From contig CAXYWN010000001.1 in assembly GCA_964292625.1 (NCBI GenBank), positions 1 to 32,800 of the forward strand: a stretch of 32,800 nt of DNA, read 5' to 3'. The position numbers and the translations under genes were made by a program. How positions within the stretch are numbered: position 1 is the first letter of the stretch; each line of letters begins with the position of its first letter. The notes under the pieces are model-generated. The model ran no database searches. It saw only the letters and a list, made by a program, of their open reading frames with translations, and was not told the DNA's origin. Origin of the DNA: an uncultured bacterium. GTDB taxonomy: Bacteria > Cloacimonadota > Cloacimonadia > Cloacimonadales > Cloacimonadaceae. Below are positions 25,416 to 32,800 of the stretch, piece by piece.

Positions 25416-26675
25416 ATGAACCGCTATATTGATCTCCTGGCGCCCTATATCCGCAGCTCGCTGTATCCCTATCAGCTGCGCTTTATCACGGATGCGAGCC
25501 GCTGGCGCATAGCCAATAAGAGCAGGCAGATCGGCTTTAGTTTGACCCTGGGTTTGGACGCTATCAGCGGGGCTCTGGTGCGGGAGCGGAATCAACTGAT
25601 CGTGAGCGCCAGCAAGATGAACGCCGAGATCGTGCTGGACTATATCAGAGGGCATTTGGAGAGCATGGAGATCCTGGCTGCGGTGGATAAAGAAGGTCTG
25701 ATCGAGCTGCCCAACGGGAAGGAGATCCGGGTCTGCAGCACAAACTGGCGCACGGCGCGCGGATTCAACGGCGATGTGTATCTGGATGAGTTTGCCTTCA
25801 CCATCCGCGACAAGGAGATCTGGCGGGCAATCGTGCCCTCGATCACGGCGGTGCAAGGCAGGGTGACGATAGTGAGCACACCCAAGAGCCGGATCGATAA
25901 GTTTTGGCAGATCTATGACGGCAAGAGCGAGAAGTGGAGCAAGCACTGCGTCACGATTCACGACGCCATCCGGGATGGCTTTCCGGTGGATCTGGAGGAG
26001 CTGCGCGAGCTCTTTGATCCGGAGGAATTTGCCCAGGCTTACGAGTGCGTTCCGCTGGATACCGCGGAGAGCTATATCCCCTACAACCTGATTGAGCCGT
26101 GTTTGTATGACCCCGGCAGTGAGGCTTATGCAGCGGTTGCAGCTCCGACAGGCAGAGACCGCCAGCGGGCTTATGTGTATGGCGTGGATATCGGGCGGAC
26201 GCGGGATGAGACGGCGGTGGCGGAGACCTTCAAAGAGGGTGGGATCACCTGGTGCACGGGTTTGCAAAGCTGGAAAAAAACGGCGTTCCGGACGCAGAAA
26301 GACAGGCTGGAGCAGATGCTGGCAGCTCCTGCCACGCAACTGATGGCGATCGACAAGGGCGGCATCGGGATGAATCTGCATGAGGATCTGGCCTTTGCGT
26401 ATCCCAGCAAGGTGCGGGGCGTGAGCTTTGCGCCTGCGGTGAAAGAACGCATGGCTAAGAAGATGCGGATTGCTTTTGAAGAGAAGAAGATACGCATACC
26501 GAACGATCCCAGTTTGGTGAGCCACATCCTCTCCATCAAGCGGAGTGCGAACCGGACGAATGTGTTCAGCTATGGCTCGGAGAGTGACGAGCATCATGGC
26601 GATAAGTTTTGGGCACTTGCTCTGGCTCTGGATTGGAGCGAGGGCAATAAGATAGTGGAGTTTAGATTTATATGA
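25416..26675 (+). CDS. Terminase large subunit (Mu gp28 / P2 gpP type)
   Basis: LYPYQ, Walker A KSRQIGFS, ARG..GDVYLDEFAF (Walker B), STP, nuclease GVDIGR..D and HGDKFWALALA. Confidence 0.93.
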   Translation: MNRYIDLLAPYIRSSLYPYQLRFITDASRWRIANKSRQIGFSLTLGLDAISGALVRERNQLIVSASKMNAEIVLDYIRGHLESMEILAAVDKEGLIELPNGKEIRVCSTNWRTARGFNGDVYLDEFAFTIRDKEIWRAIVPSITAVQGRVTIVSTPKSRIDKFWQIYDGKSEKWSKHCVTIHDAIRDGFPVDLEELRELFDPEEFAQAYECVPLDTAESYIPYNLIEPCLYDPGSEAYAAVAAPTGRDRQRAYVYGVDIGRTRDETAVAETFKEGGITWCTGLQSWKKTAFRTQKDRLEQMLAAPATQLMAIDKGGIGMNLHEDLAFAYPSKVRGVSFAPAVKERMAKKMRIAFEEKKIRIPNDPSLVSHILSIKRSANRTNVFSYGSESDEHHGDKFWALALALDWSEGNKIVEFRFI

Positions 26676-26757
26676 GAGGCGTTTTGATTAACACAGGGGC
26701 CGGTGGGGACACCGGCTCAGCCTCTCCCCAGATGCTCCGGCGGATGAGGGTGGCTTT

Positions 26758-27309
26758 ATGAAGGCGATATATGGCTATGGCAGCCCACGCTTTAGGCTGG
26801 GTGATGGCGAGGCGGTGTTCGGTGCGCATCAGGGTGCCGGGCAGGTGGAGTTTGAGCCGATAGGGCACGAATTTGAGACTTTGGCGGGCGATCTGATCGA
26901 GGTGCCGCGGGGCTGGCGGGCAACGGCGAAGCTGCGCTTGCTAAACGTGAAGAATCTGGATTATGCGCCGCATCTGAAGCTGATCCAACTGATCAATCTG
27001 AGCCGCAGCACGGGACTGCCCTTGAAGTGTAAGCCGCGCTTTGAGAACGGAATGCAGCTGGAGTTGGCAGTGAAGCTGCGGGGTAATTTTGGCTATGCAG
27101 AACTGACAAATCTGAATGCCGGGCAGAGCATCGAACTGGAGTTTGTGGCTGTTCGGCTGCTGAGTGAGCTGCCGGGCTTTGTGAATCTGCCCGGGTATCT
27201 GCTGATCGGGACGGGCAGCTATCTGCTGCTGAGCGCAGATGGGAGCAGGCTTCTGGTGCCCGAAACTAATTTTAGCGAGATCGAGATCGATGATGAGGAG
27301 TACCGATGA
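26758..27309 (+). CDS. Hypothetical phage protein, possibly structural
   Basis: 183-aa ORF with GAGGG upstream and ATGA coupling to the next gene. Confidence 0.65.
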   Translation: MKAIYGYGSPRFRLGDGEAVFGAHQGAGQVEFEPIGHEFETLAGDLIEVPRGWRATAKLRLLNVKNLDYAPHLKLIQLINLSRSTGLPLKCKPRFENGMQLELAVKLRGNFGYAELTNLNAGQSIELEFVAVRLLSELPGFVNLPGYLLIGTGSYLLLSADGSRLLVPETNFSEIEIDDEEYR

Positions 27310-27791
27310 ATTTTAGCAAAGACGAGCTGCTGTATGTGGTGCAGCACTTCAGCGTTGGCACATGGGGTGTAAGGGCGGTTACGGCTGCGGACTGGGATGC
27401 CGGGGAGATATCCGAAGCTATCTGGGACAAGTGTCAGCAATATGGGGTTGATATGCTCTTGGCTGTGGCGCAAGGCGTGGTGGAAAGTCACTTTGGTGTG
27501 GCACCTACGGCGGTGCGCAGCCGCAAAACCAAGAATATCTACAACGTGGGCAACGTGGACAGTGGGGCGGATGAGGGACAGGTATCTTGGGCGGCTGGGA
27601 TCGGACGATATTGCCGCTTGATGAAACGGGAGTATAACTGGCAGCCAGACGAGATCGTGAGCCTCCAGATGATGGTGGAGCATGATTTTAGGCGGCCGCG
27701 CGGCGGCAGGTATGCCAGCGCTCCGAACTATACGGTGCAAGTGGCGAGCGTAGCCCAGAAGATCCGTACACTATTGAGAATTGAGAATTGA
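27306..27791 (+). CDS. Glucosaminidase/lysozyme-fold peptidoglycan hydrolase (putative endolysin)
   Basis: YGVD..LAVAQGVVESHFG, KNIYNVGN and RYASAPNY resemble GH73-like motifs. Confidence 0.68.
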   Translation: MNFSKDELLYVVQHFSVGTWGVRAVTAADWDAGEISEAIWDKCQQYGVDMLLAVAQGVVESHFGVAPTAVRSRKTKNIYNVGNVDSGADEGQVSWAAGIGRYCRLMKREYNWQPDEIVSLQMMVEHDFRRPRGGRYASAPNYTVQVASVAQKIRTLLRIEN

Positions 27792-27858
27792 GAATTGAGA
27801 ATTGAGTGCAAAGAACTGGATTCCAGTCCAACTCTATGGCTCTCAACTAAATAAGGAG
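27774..27858. repeat. Site E7: variant heptamer (TTGAGAA)4, collapsed palindrome, leader and RBS
   Basis: (TTGAGAA)4, then AAAGAACTGGATTCCAGTCCAACTCTATGGCTCTCAACTAAATAAGGAG. Confidence 0.85.
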
Positions 27859-27863
27859 ATACG

Positions 27864-28919
27864 ATGGCAGATAGCCTAATTCAAAACTTGCCGCTGCAGA
27901 GCGCACCGGCGGCGGGAGATCTGCTGGTGAGCGCAGATGTGAGCGCCAGCAATGCAGTAAAGAAGCTGAGCCTGCAAAGCGTGATGGAGTTTGTGCTGAG
28001 CGGCAATGCGGTGTTTGATGGCGCGAGCGGGGCGTTTAAGCTGCTGGCGAAGCAGGATTGCAATGGGTATAAGCTGGAGAATATGGCAGCCGGTTCAGCG
28101 GCGGGAGATGCGGTGCGCTGGGGCCAGGTATCTCCGGCATTTCAGGCTTTGACTGGGGTGACTCCCACAGTGCCGGTGGTCAGCGATAAGGGTGCGTTTT
28201 TCCGGGTGGCGGTGAGCACCATCACTAACCCCGGATATGGATTCTATCTGTTTTACTGGTGCATCGATACCAGCCCCAGCGCCACCATCAGCCTGGTGAG
28301 TGACAATCCGGTGGCGTCCAGCGGAGCTACCGTCTATTTTGACGGCAGTATCGCCAACGTGGTCAATATCATCAAAGATAGCGGCCTCATGAGCAAGTAT
28401 CTGCATGTGGCGGTGCGCTACCGCAATCTTGGGTCGATCAGCGCCATCAGCCCTACCGGGCATCACCACATCGGTTTGCCCGGCTTTGGCGATATCGTGA
28501 CTGAAACTGAGCCTGAAAGAGTGGCCGACGCAGCCTTGAGCATGGCGCAAAACAGGCTGTATCTGAAGGCCGATCTGCCCGCAGTGAGAGCCCTGGGCGA
28601 GACCTATCAGGCAGAGCTGCTCTTTGATGACCAGGCGGATACCAGATTGACCGGCAATGAAGAAGGCTTGGTGCGCATGAGCAGCACCGACCCGATTTTT
28701 ACCTACGATATTCCGCTGTCGTCGGCAGGCTTTGCCTATGTGCACGGCCGCATCTTGACGGTGAGTTTGAAAGGTATCCGGGCTGCCTGCAAAACTGCTC
28801 ACACTACCCTCTCCCTGGATGGGTCATTGATCAGTAACGGCTTGATAGACTACTTAGCCGCACGATTGGCGGAAAAACTTGTGACCTCGAGCGATGAAGC
28901 GCTCAAGGCAAAACCATAA
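27864..28919 (+). CDS. Putative virion structural or tail-fibre-like protein
   Basis: Strong RBS. The N-terminus IQNLP....PAAGDLLV.AD......KKLSL and L.N.AAGSAAGDAV..GQ resembles fibre/adhesin repeats. Confidence 0.55.
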   Translation: MADSLIQNLPLQSAPAAGDLLVSADVSASNAVKKLSLQSVMEFVLSGNAVFDGASGAFKLLAKQDCNGYKLENMAAGSAAGDAVRWGQVSPAFQALTGVTPTVPVVSDKGAFFRVAVSTITNPGYGFYLFYWCIDTSPSATISLVSDNPVASSGATVYFDGSIANVVNIIKDSGLMSKYLHVAVRYRNLGSISAISPTGHHHIGLPGFGDIVTETEPERVADAALSMAQNRLYLKADLPAVRALGETYQAELLFDDQADTRLTGNEEGLVRMSSTDPIFTYDIPLSSAGFAYVHGRILTVSLKGIRAACKTAHTTLSLDGSLISNGLIDYLAARLAEKLVTSSDEALKAKP

Positions 28920-28922
28920 AAA

Positions 28923-29003
28923 AGAGTTGAGAGTTGGATCGGATTCTCAGGTTCTCCAGCCCACTCTCCACTCTGGACTCTATGGCTCTCAACTAATAAG
29001 GAG
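28923..29003. repeat. Site E8: same flanks as E5 with the 28-bp core inverted
   Basis: AGAGTTGAGAGT, core 28935-28962, ACTCTCCACTCT, then GGACTCTATGGCTCTCAACTAATAAGGAG. Confidence 0.9.
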
Positions 29004-29008
29004 ATATC

Positions 29009-29368
29009 ATGACGATACACACCGACGTAACTACTCTTTCCCGCCTTTACCCGCTGTTTAAAGAGGCGGGCATCGAAGGGGTCTTATCCGGAGACTTTGA
29101 CAGCATCAAAGACCTCACTTATCCTGCCCTGGTGGCGGCTATGCTCTCCTGCGGCAAGATATCAGAAATCTGCGCCATAATAACTGGCTCTGGGCTCTAT
29201 ACCCGCCCCGAGCCCGATCCCGCCGCCATTGCCCAGACCCTTGCCTGGGACCAGTGCTCCCGCGAGGAGTGCATGGGGGTGATTGTCCCTTTTTTGATCG
29301 ATATCACGGTCGGACCCTTAGACTTGTCGGAACTGGCGAAGCAGGCGAAGCAAGTGGCGCAGAAGTAG
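29009..29368 (+). CDS. Putative tail assembly chaperone (gpG-like)
   Basis: 119-aa ORF upstream of the tape-measure gene, with an in-phase slippery site. Confidence 0.62.
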   Translation: MTIHTDVTTLSRLYPLFKEAGIEGVLSGDFDSIKDLTYPALVAAMLSCGKISEICAIITGSGLYTRPEPDPAAIAQTLAWDQCSREECMGVIVPFLIDITVGPLDLSELAKQAKQVAQK

Positions 29369-29526
29369 AGCCGGGCAACGTCTTCCTGAAACTGCGCTAT
29401 GCGCTGTATCGCCTCGGAGCAGAGCCGGCAGAGATCGAGATCGATGAGGCGGTGCTCTTGGTGGGGATGTGGGCAGAAGAACGCAGCATGCTGCTGTGTC
29501 CGTTTATGGCATCCAGTGGCAGATGA
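29287..29526 (+). other. Programmed -1 frameshift site and gpT-like extension
   Basis: C CCT TTT TTG (29287-29296) contains two X XXY YYZ heptamers in the gpG frame. The -1 frame stays open to TGA at 29526. Confidence 0.6.
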
Positions 29527-29527
29527 G

Positions 29528-29650
29528 CTATTTTTTCAGGATCTTGTCGATCTCCTGGATGCCTGTTTTGCGGGAGCCGCTCCCGAGCATCAGGATGAGC
29601 TTGAACACCGCAAAAACCAGCACTCCAAAGACAAATATGGCTGCAAGCAT
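29528..29650 (-). CDS. 40-aa single-pass membrane peptide on the opposite strand
   Basis: GAGGT RBS before ATG 29650; MLAAIFVFGVLVFAVFKLILMLG...KILKK fills the gap before the tape-measure gene. Confidence 0.5.
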   Translation of the reverse strand: MLAAIFVFGVLVFAVFKLILMLGSGSRKTGIQEIDKILKK

Positions 29651-29697
29651 GATGATACCTCTGTGGAGAGTATAATGCATAAAGAAAGGATAAGCAA

Positions 29698-32600
29698 ATG
29701 AGCGAAACAAGATTTGTAATCAACCTGGATTTTAAGGGTAAGGCTGAGCTGGTTAAGATTCTGCAGGAGATCGGCGCAGAACGTAAGATACCTGTGGACG
29801 TGGATTTATCCAAAGCCAAACTGGGCATCCTGCGTGACCTCAAACAGCCGCTGCAGGATGCGTTTGAAAGCTTTCGCTCATTCGCCACCCAGGCAGGCTT
29901 TGTGATCAGCGGCGTGCGCCAAATCTATGGAGTGTTTGAACAGACGATCGGCACCGTCGTGCGGGCTGCCGGGGAAGCAGAAGCGGCAGGCATCAAGCTG
30001 AAAGGATCACTGCGGGCTACCGGCTTGGAGGTGGAGAACAACAGTGCGCGGCTGAGCCGATTTGCCGCGAGCCTCCAAAAAGTGACCGTCTATGAGGACG
30101 ATATGCTGCGCGCTTCCATGGCGCAATTGCAGAATATTGCCCGCTTTGGCGACGTGAGCCAATTGGAAAAGGCGACCAAGGCGGCTATCGGCTTGGGAAA
30201 TGCTTTTGGGATCGATCTGGCGACGGCGATGGACCTGGTGGGCAAGGCTGCCGCTGGGAATACCTCGATGCTGGGACGCTATGGCATCGTGCTGGATGAG
30301 ACCGCTACCCAGGCGGAGAAATTTGGCCAGGTGCTGCAGATCGGGATGGGCTACTTTCCCCTCGCAGAGGAGTATGCGCAGAGCCAGATGGGCAGCATGG
30401 AGCAGCTCAAAAATGTGTGGGGCGACTTCCTGGAAGTCCTGGGCGAAGGTGTGCTGCCGGTGATTCAGGATCTCACCAACACCTTGAAACCTCTGATCGA
30501 GGCTGCTACCGCAATGAGCGGCGAGCAGAAGGCGATGACGGTGGGCTTGATCATCCTGAATGCGCTCTGGATCAAATCCGCTCTGGCGATCATGAGCCAA
30601 CGGGCGGCATTTGCAGCGCTCACTATTGAACAGCAAAAGCAGGTGGCGAGCATGATTATGGTGCTGGCTGTGCAAAAAGGGGCAGTGTTGACCTCGCTCA
30701 GCTTCAGCGGCGCCATGAAGGGCTTGGGTGCGGCGTTTGTGGCTGCGGGTAACGGAGTGAAGGCGTTTCTGGCAAGCATCGGCCCCGTGGGCTGGATCAT
30801 CATCGGCATCACAGCGGCGTATGCGGGCTTAACAGCCATTTTCAAGAAAAATACCGCGGCGATGCGGGATGGGATTTCCGCATCGAAAGAAGCGCTTGAA
30901 ATGGCGAACGACGAACTGCAGAAGAAGAAAGACCTCGCAAACTCGACCGTCAAACTGGCAAGCCGCTATGAGGAATTGGCCAGTAAAGCCAAGCGCAGCA
31001 GTAAGGAACAGGCAGAACTGAAGGGAGTCAACGACAAACTGCAGGAACGCTATCCGGCTCTGATCAACAGCACAGGCAGCTATGCCAGCAAACTGGATGG
31101 CGTGCGGATCGCGGCTAAAAACGCTAAGGGTGAACTGGCAAGCCTCGGGAGACAGATGTGGAATAACAGTATAGAGATCGCGAAGCTGGAAGTGCGAGAT
31201 AAGCGGATCGAAGCGTTTGAGGTGCTGAAGGAGTTTGGCTGGTTAGATGTAGCTTTTACAGGTGCTCGAGCGACGGCACTGGCTGCGTTGTCGGGCTATA
31301 AAAAAGAGTTGCTTTCCACTGCTGAGATCTCGGCATATACGTTAAGAGTTATGGCAACCGGGTTTGAAAGTCTGGCTGGACAGACCAGCCATTTTACACA
31401 GAGGGAAGAAGCTGCGCTGCAAAAAGCGGCAAATCTGCTGCGGGCAGCCGCCATCCAGAAAGAAAGCATCGCAACAATGGAAAAATCCGGACCACCGAAA
31501 GAGGAGAAGACTGAAGTGGAGACTCCCGGAAGTGGTGGTGGCGGTGGCAAAGAAGAAACTAAGGAAACTAAGGACGATGGGCGGCAGGCAGCCGTTGATA
31601 GGATGATGGAGCAGAAGCGTTTGGAGGATGCGAAGTTCAATCAAGCGGAGGCAAACAGGCGGGCTGAGATAGAGGCAATTGAAAAGCAATATGAGAAAGA
31701 GAAAGCGCTGTTTAGTGAGAAGAGTGAAGCATTTCGGCTGCTGAGGGATAAGCAGGATGCTGATATTGCGGCTGTGAATGCCAAATATGATGCAGAGCGA
31801 GAGAAGCAGGTTGCAGAGCACTATGATCAGGTGAAGTTTTATGACAGTTCGTATTCGGCTTGGAAGCTGGCGCAGATCGAAAAAGAGGGAGAGCAACTGT
31901 TTCCTGTTCAGGAGGCAGCCCGTCAGGTATGGATAGACGAACAGAAGGCTCTATTTGAAGCGGAGAAGGCGTCTTGGGATAATCGTCCGATCGAGCAGTT
32001 TGAGGCGGCTTATAATGACGAAATGAGCCATCTGAGCGATTTGCGGGAGATGGGCCTGGCTACTTACGGCGAGATCGCGGATAAGAGCTGGGAGTATTAT
32101 CGAAGTCTGAAGGCGATCGTGGAGGCGGATGGAGAGGTGACTCAGGCTGAGAAGGATCTTCTGAAGATATATCTGAAGCGGGCACAGGCAGCACAACTGG
32201 CGGTGAATCGAGATTCAGATCAGGCATCCTATTATAATGAGATGAAGTTTGGTTTGGATGATTATTATGACTATAAACACGCGCGCATCGAGGAGGACGT
32301 CGATGAGATGGATGTTTCTGCAGAGGAGAAGGCAAATCTCCTGAAGAAACGGCTTGGTGAGCTCGATCTGGAACAGCACGAATCCAATCAAAAGCCTATC
32401 TGGAATAAGATGATGGACGATCTGGGTGTCGATCCCTCGCAACAGCAGATGATCATCGGACAGTTTCAGGTGCTGGCAGATCAGATCAGCAGCATTTGGA
32501 ATCAACTCTACGCCAACCTGGATGCAGCTAAACAAGAATCATTGGATAAACTCGAGCAGCGCGCTAAAAAGGAACGCAAAACAGACGTCTGGCTGGCAGC

Positions 32601-32800
32601 TGAGAAAGAAAAGATTAATGCTGAATATGAGAAAAAAGTGCGTGAAATGAAGAAAGCGGAACAGGCGATGCAAATCGTATCTGCGATTATGAATACAGCC
32701 GAGGGTGTGACCAATGCGCTGACGATCAAACCAGCGTGGTTGGCGCCTATTATGGCGGCGGCGATCGGAGCTGTGGGCGTCGGTCAGATAGCGCTTATGA
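29698..32800 (+). CDS. Tail tape-measure protein, 3' end outside the window (absent from the ORF track)
   Basis: AAGGA RBS and ATG 29698. The frame is open at every place read through to the window end. Ala/Gly-rich helical sequence (FAASLQKVTVYEDD, DLVGKAAAGNTSMLGRYGI, IGPVGWII) is followed by a charged coiled coil. Confidence 0.88.
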   Translation, partial: MSETRFVINLDFKGKAELVKILQEIGAERKIPVDVDLSKAKLGILRDLKQPLQDAFESFRSFATQAGFVISGVRQIYGVFEQTIGTVVRAAGEAEAAGIKLKGSLRATGLEVENNSARLSRFAASLQKVTVYEDDMLRASMAQLQNIARFGDVSQLEKATKAAIGLGNAFGIDLATAMDLVGKAAAGNTSMLGRYGIVLDETATQAEKFGQVLQIGMGYFPLAEEYAQSQMGSMEQLKNVWGDFLEVLGEGVLPVIQDLTNTLKPLIEAATAMSGEQKAMTVGLIILNALWIKSALAIMSQRAAFAALTIEQQKQVASMIMVLAVQKGAVLTSLSFSGAMKGLGAAFVAAGNGVKAFLASIGPVGWIIIGITAAYAGLTAIFKKNTAAMRDGISASKEALEMANDELQKKKDLANSTVKLASRYEELASKAKRSSKEQAELKGVNDKLQERYPALINSTGSYASKLDGVRIAAKNAKGELASLGRQMWNNSIEIAKLEVRDKRIEAFEVLKEFGWLDVAFTGARATALAALSGYKKELLSTAEISAYTLRVMATGFESLAGQTSHFTQREEAALQKAANLLRAAAIQKESIATMEKSGPPKEEKTEVETPGSGGGGGKEETKETKDDGRQAAVDRMMEQKRLEDAKFNQAEANRRAEIEAIEKQYEKEKALFSEKSEAFRLLRDKQDADIAAVNAKYDAEREKQVAEHYDQVKFYDSSYSAWKLAQIEKEGEQLFPVQEAARQVWIDEQKALFEAEKASWDNRPIEQFEAAYNDEMSHLSDLREMGLATYGEIADKSWEYYRSLKAIVEADGEVTQAEKDLLKIYLKRAQAAQLAVNRDSDQASYYNEMKFGLDDYYDYKHARIEEDVDEMDVSAEEKANLLKKRLGELDLEQHESNQKPIWNKMMDDLGVDPSQQQMIIGQFQVLADQISSIWNQLYANLDAAKQESLDKLEQRAKKERKTDVWLAAEKEKINAEYEKKVREMKKAEQAMQIVSAIMNTAEGVTNALTIKPAWLAPIMAAAIGAVGVGQIALM

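Larger units (their letters stand above)
15560..32800. mobile_element. Prophage with Mu-like (transposable-phage) genes; left boundary approximate, right end outside the window
   Basis: Gam-like, GemA-like, MuF, portal, Mu-gp28-type terminase, lysin, tail chaperone and tape-measure genes. The + strand changes from C-rich to G/T-rich near 15.55 kb. No transposase, integrase or repressor is visible. Confidence 0.9.

Noticed and set aside
26699-26716. GCCGGTG-GGGA-CACCGGC hairpin after the terminase as a terminator
   Set aside because: The stem and GNRA loop are real, but there is no U tract on either strand, so it is not called.
17737-29003. Repeat sites as a CRISPR array or integron attC sites
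   Set aside because: There is no regular repeat-spacer period and no cas genes. The arms run GTT...AAC, the reverse of the attC AAC...GTT order, and no integron integrase is present.

Overview
The window has two parts. (1) 1-15385 is host chromosome, all on the + strand, from an FCB-group bacterium. The C-terminal sorting domain of the 13159-15330 protein suggests Cloacimonadota, which is an inference. It carries a partial class I/II aminotransferase, a small membrane protein, a PfkB kinase and purM. These are followed by a tightly packed outer-membrane operon: TonB-dependent receptor, ExbB, two ExbD, TonB, a 1026-aa T9SS-type cargo protein, a PorV/PorQ-like barrel and a second cargo protein, closed by an intrinsic terminator. 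(2) From about 15.56 kb to the window end is a prophage with Mu-like genes. Its - strand arm holds an HK97-gp10-like gene, a MuF head protein with a toxin-like extension, a Zn-ribbon gene, and a Gam/GemA-like early block present as an apparently identical tandem duplication with 3217-bp period. Its + strand arm holds portal, terminase, a glucosaminidase-like lysin, a tail chaperone with a -1 slippery site, and a tape-measure gene that runs off the window. The most unusual signal is a family of composite sites, (GAGAGTT)n heptamers plus an ATTCCAGC/GCTGGAAT palindrome, that punctuate the prophage into modules and often supply the RBS of the next gene. Both duplication ends, the duplication junction, the strand switch and a 28-bp micro-inversion all break at the same position, AGAGTTGAGAGT^. 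This suggests repeat-directed genome shuffling, although misassembly cannot be excluded without reads. Other strong leads are a MuF toxin fused in frame to its probable immunity gene across an A6 tract, and the TBDR/TonB/T9SS-cargo/PorV module with shared DxDxDG loops. All family calls are by motif recognition; no searches were run.
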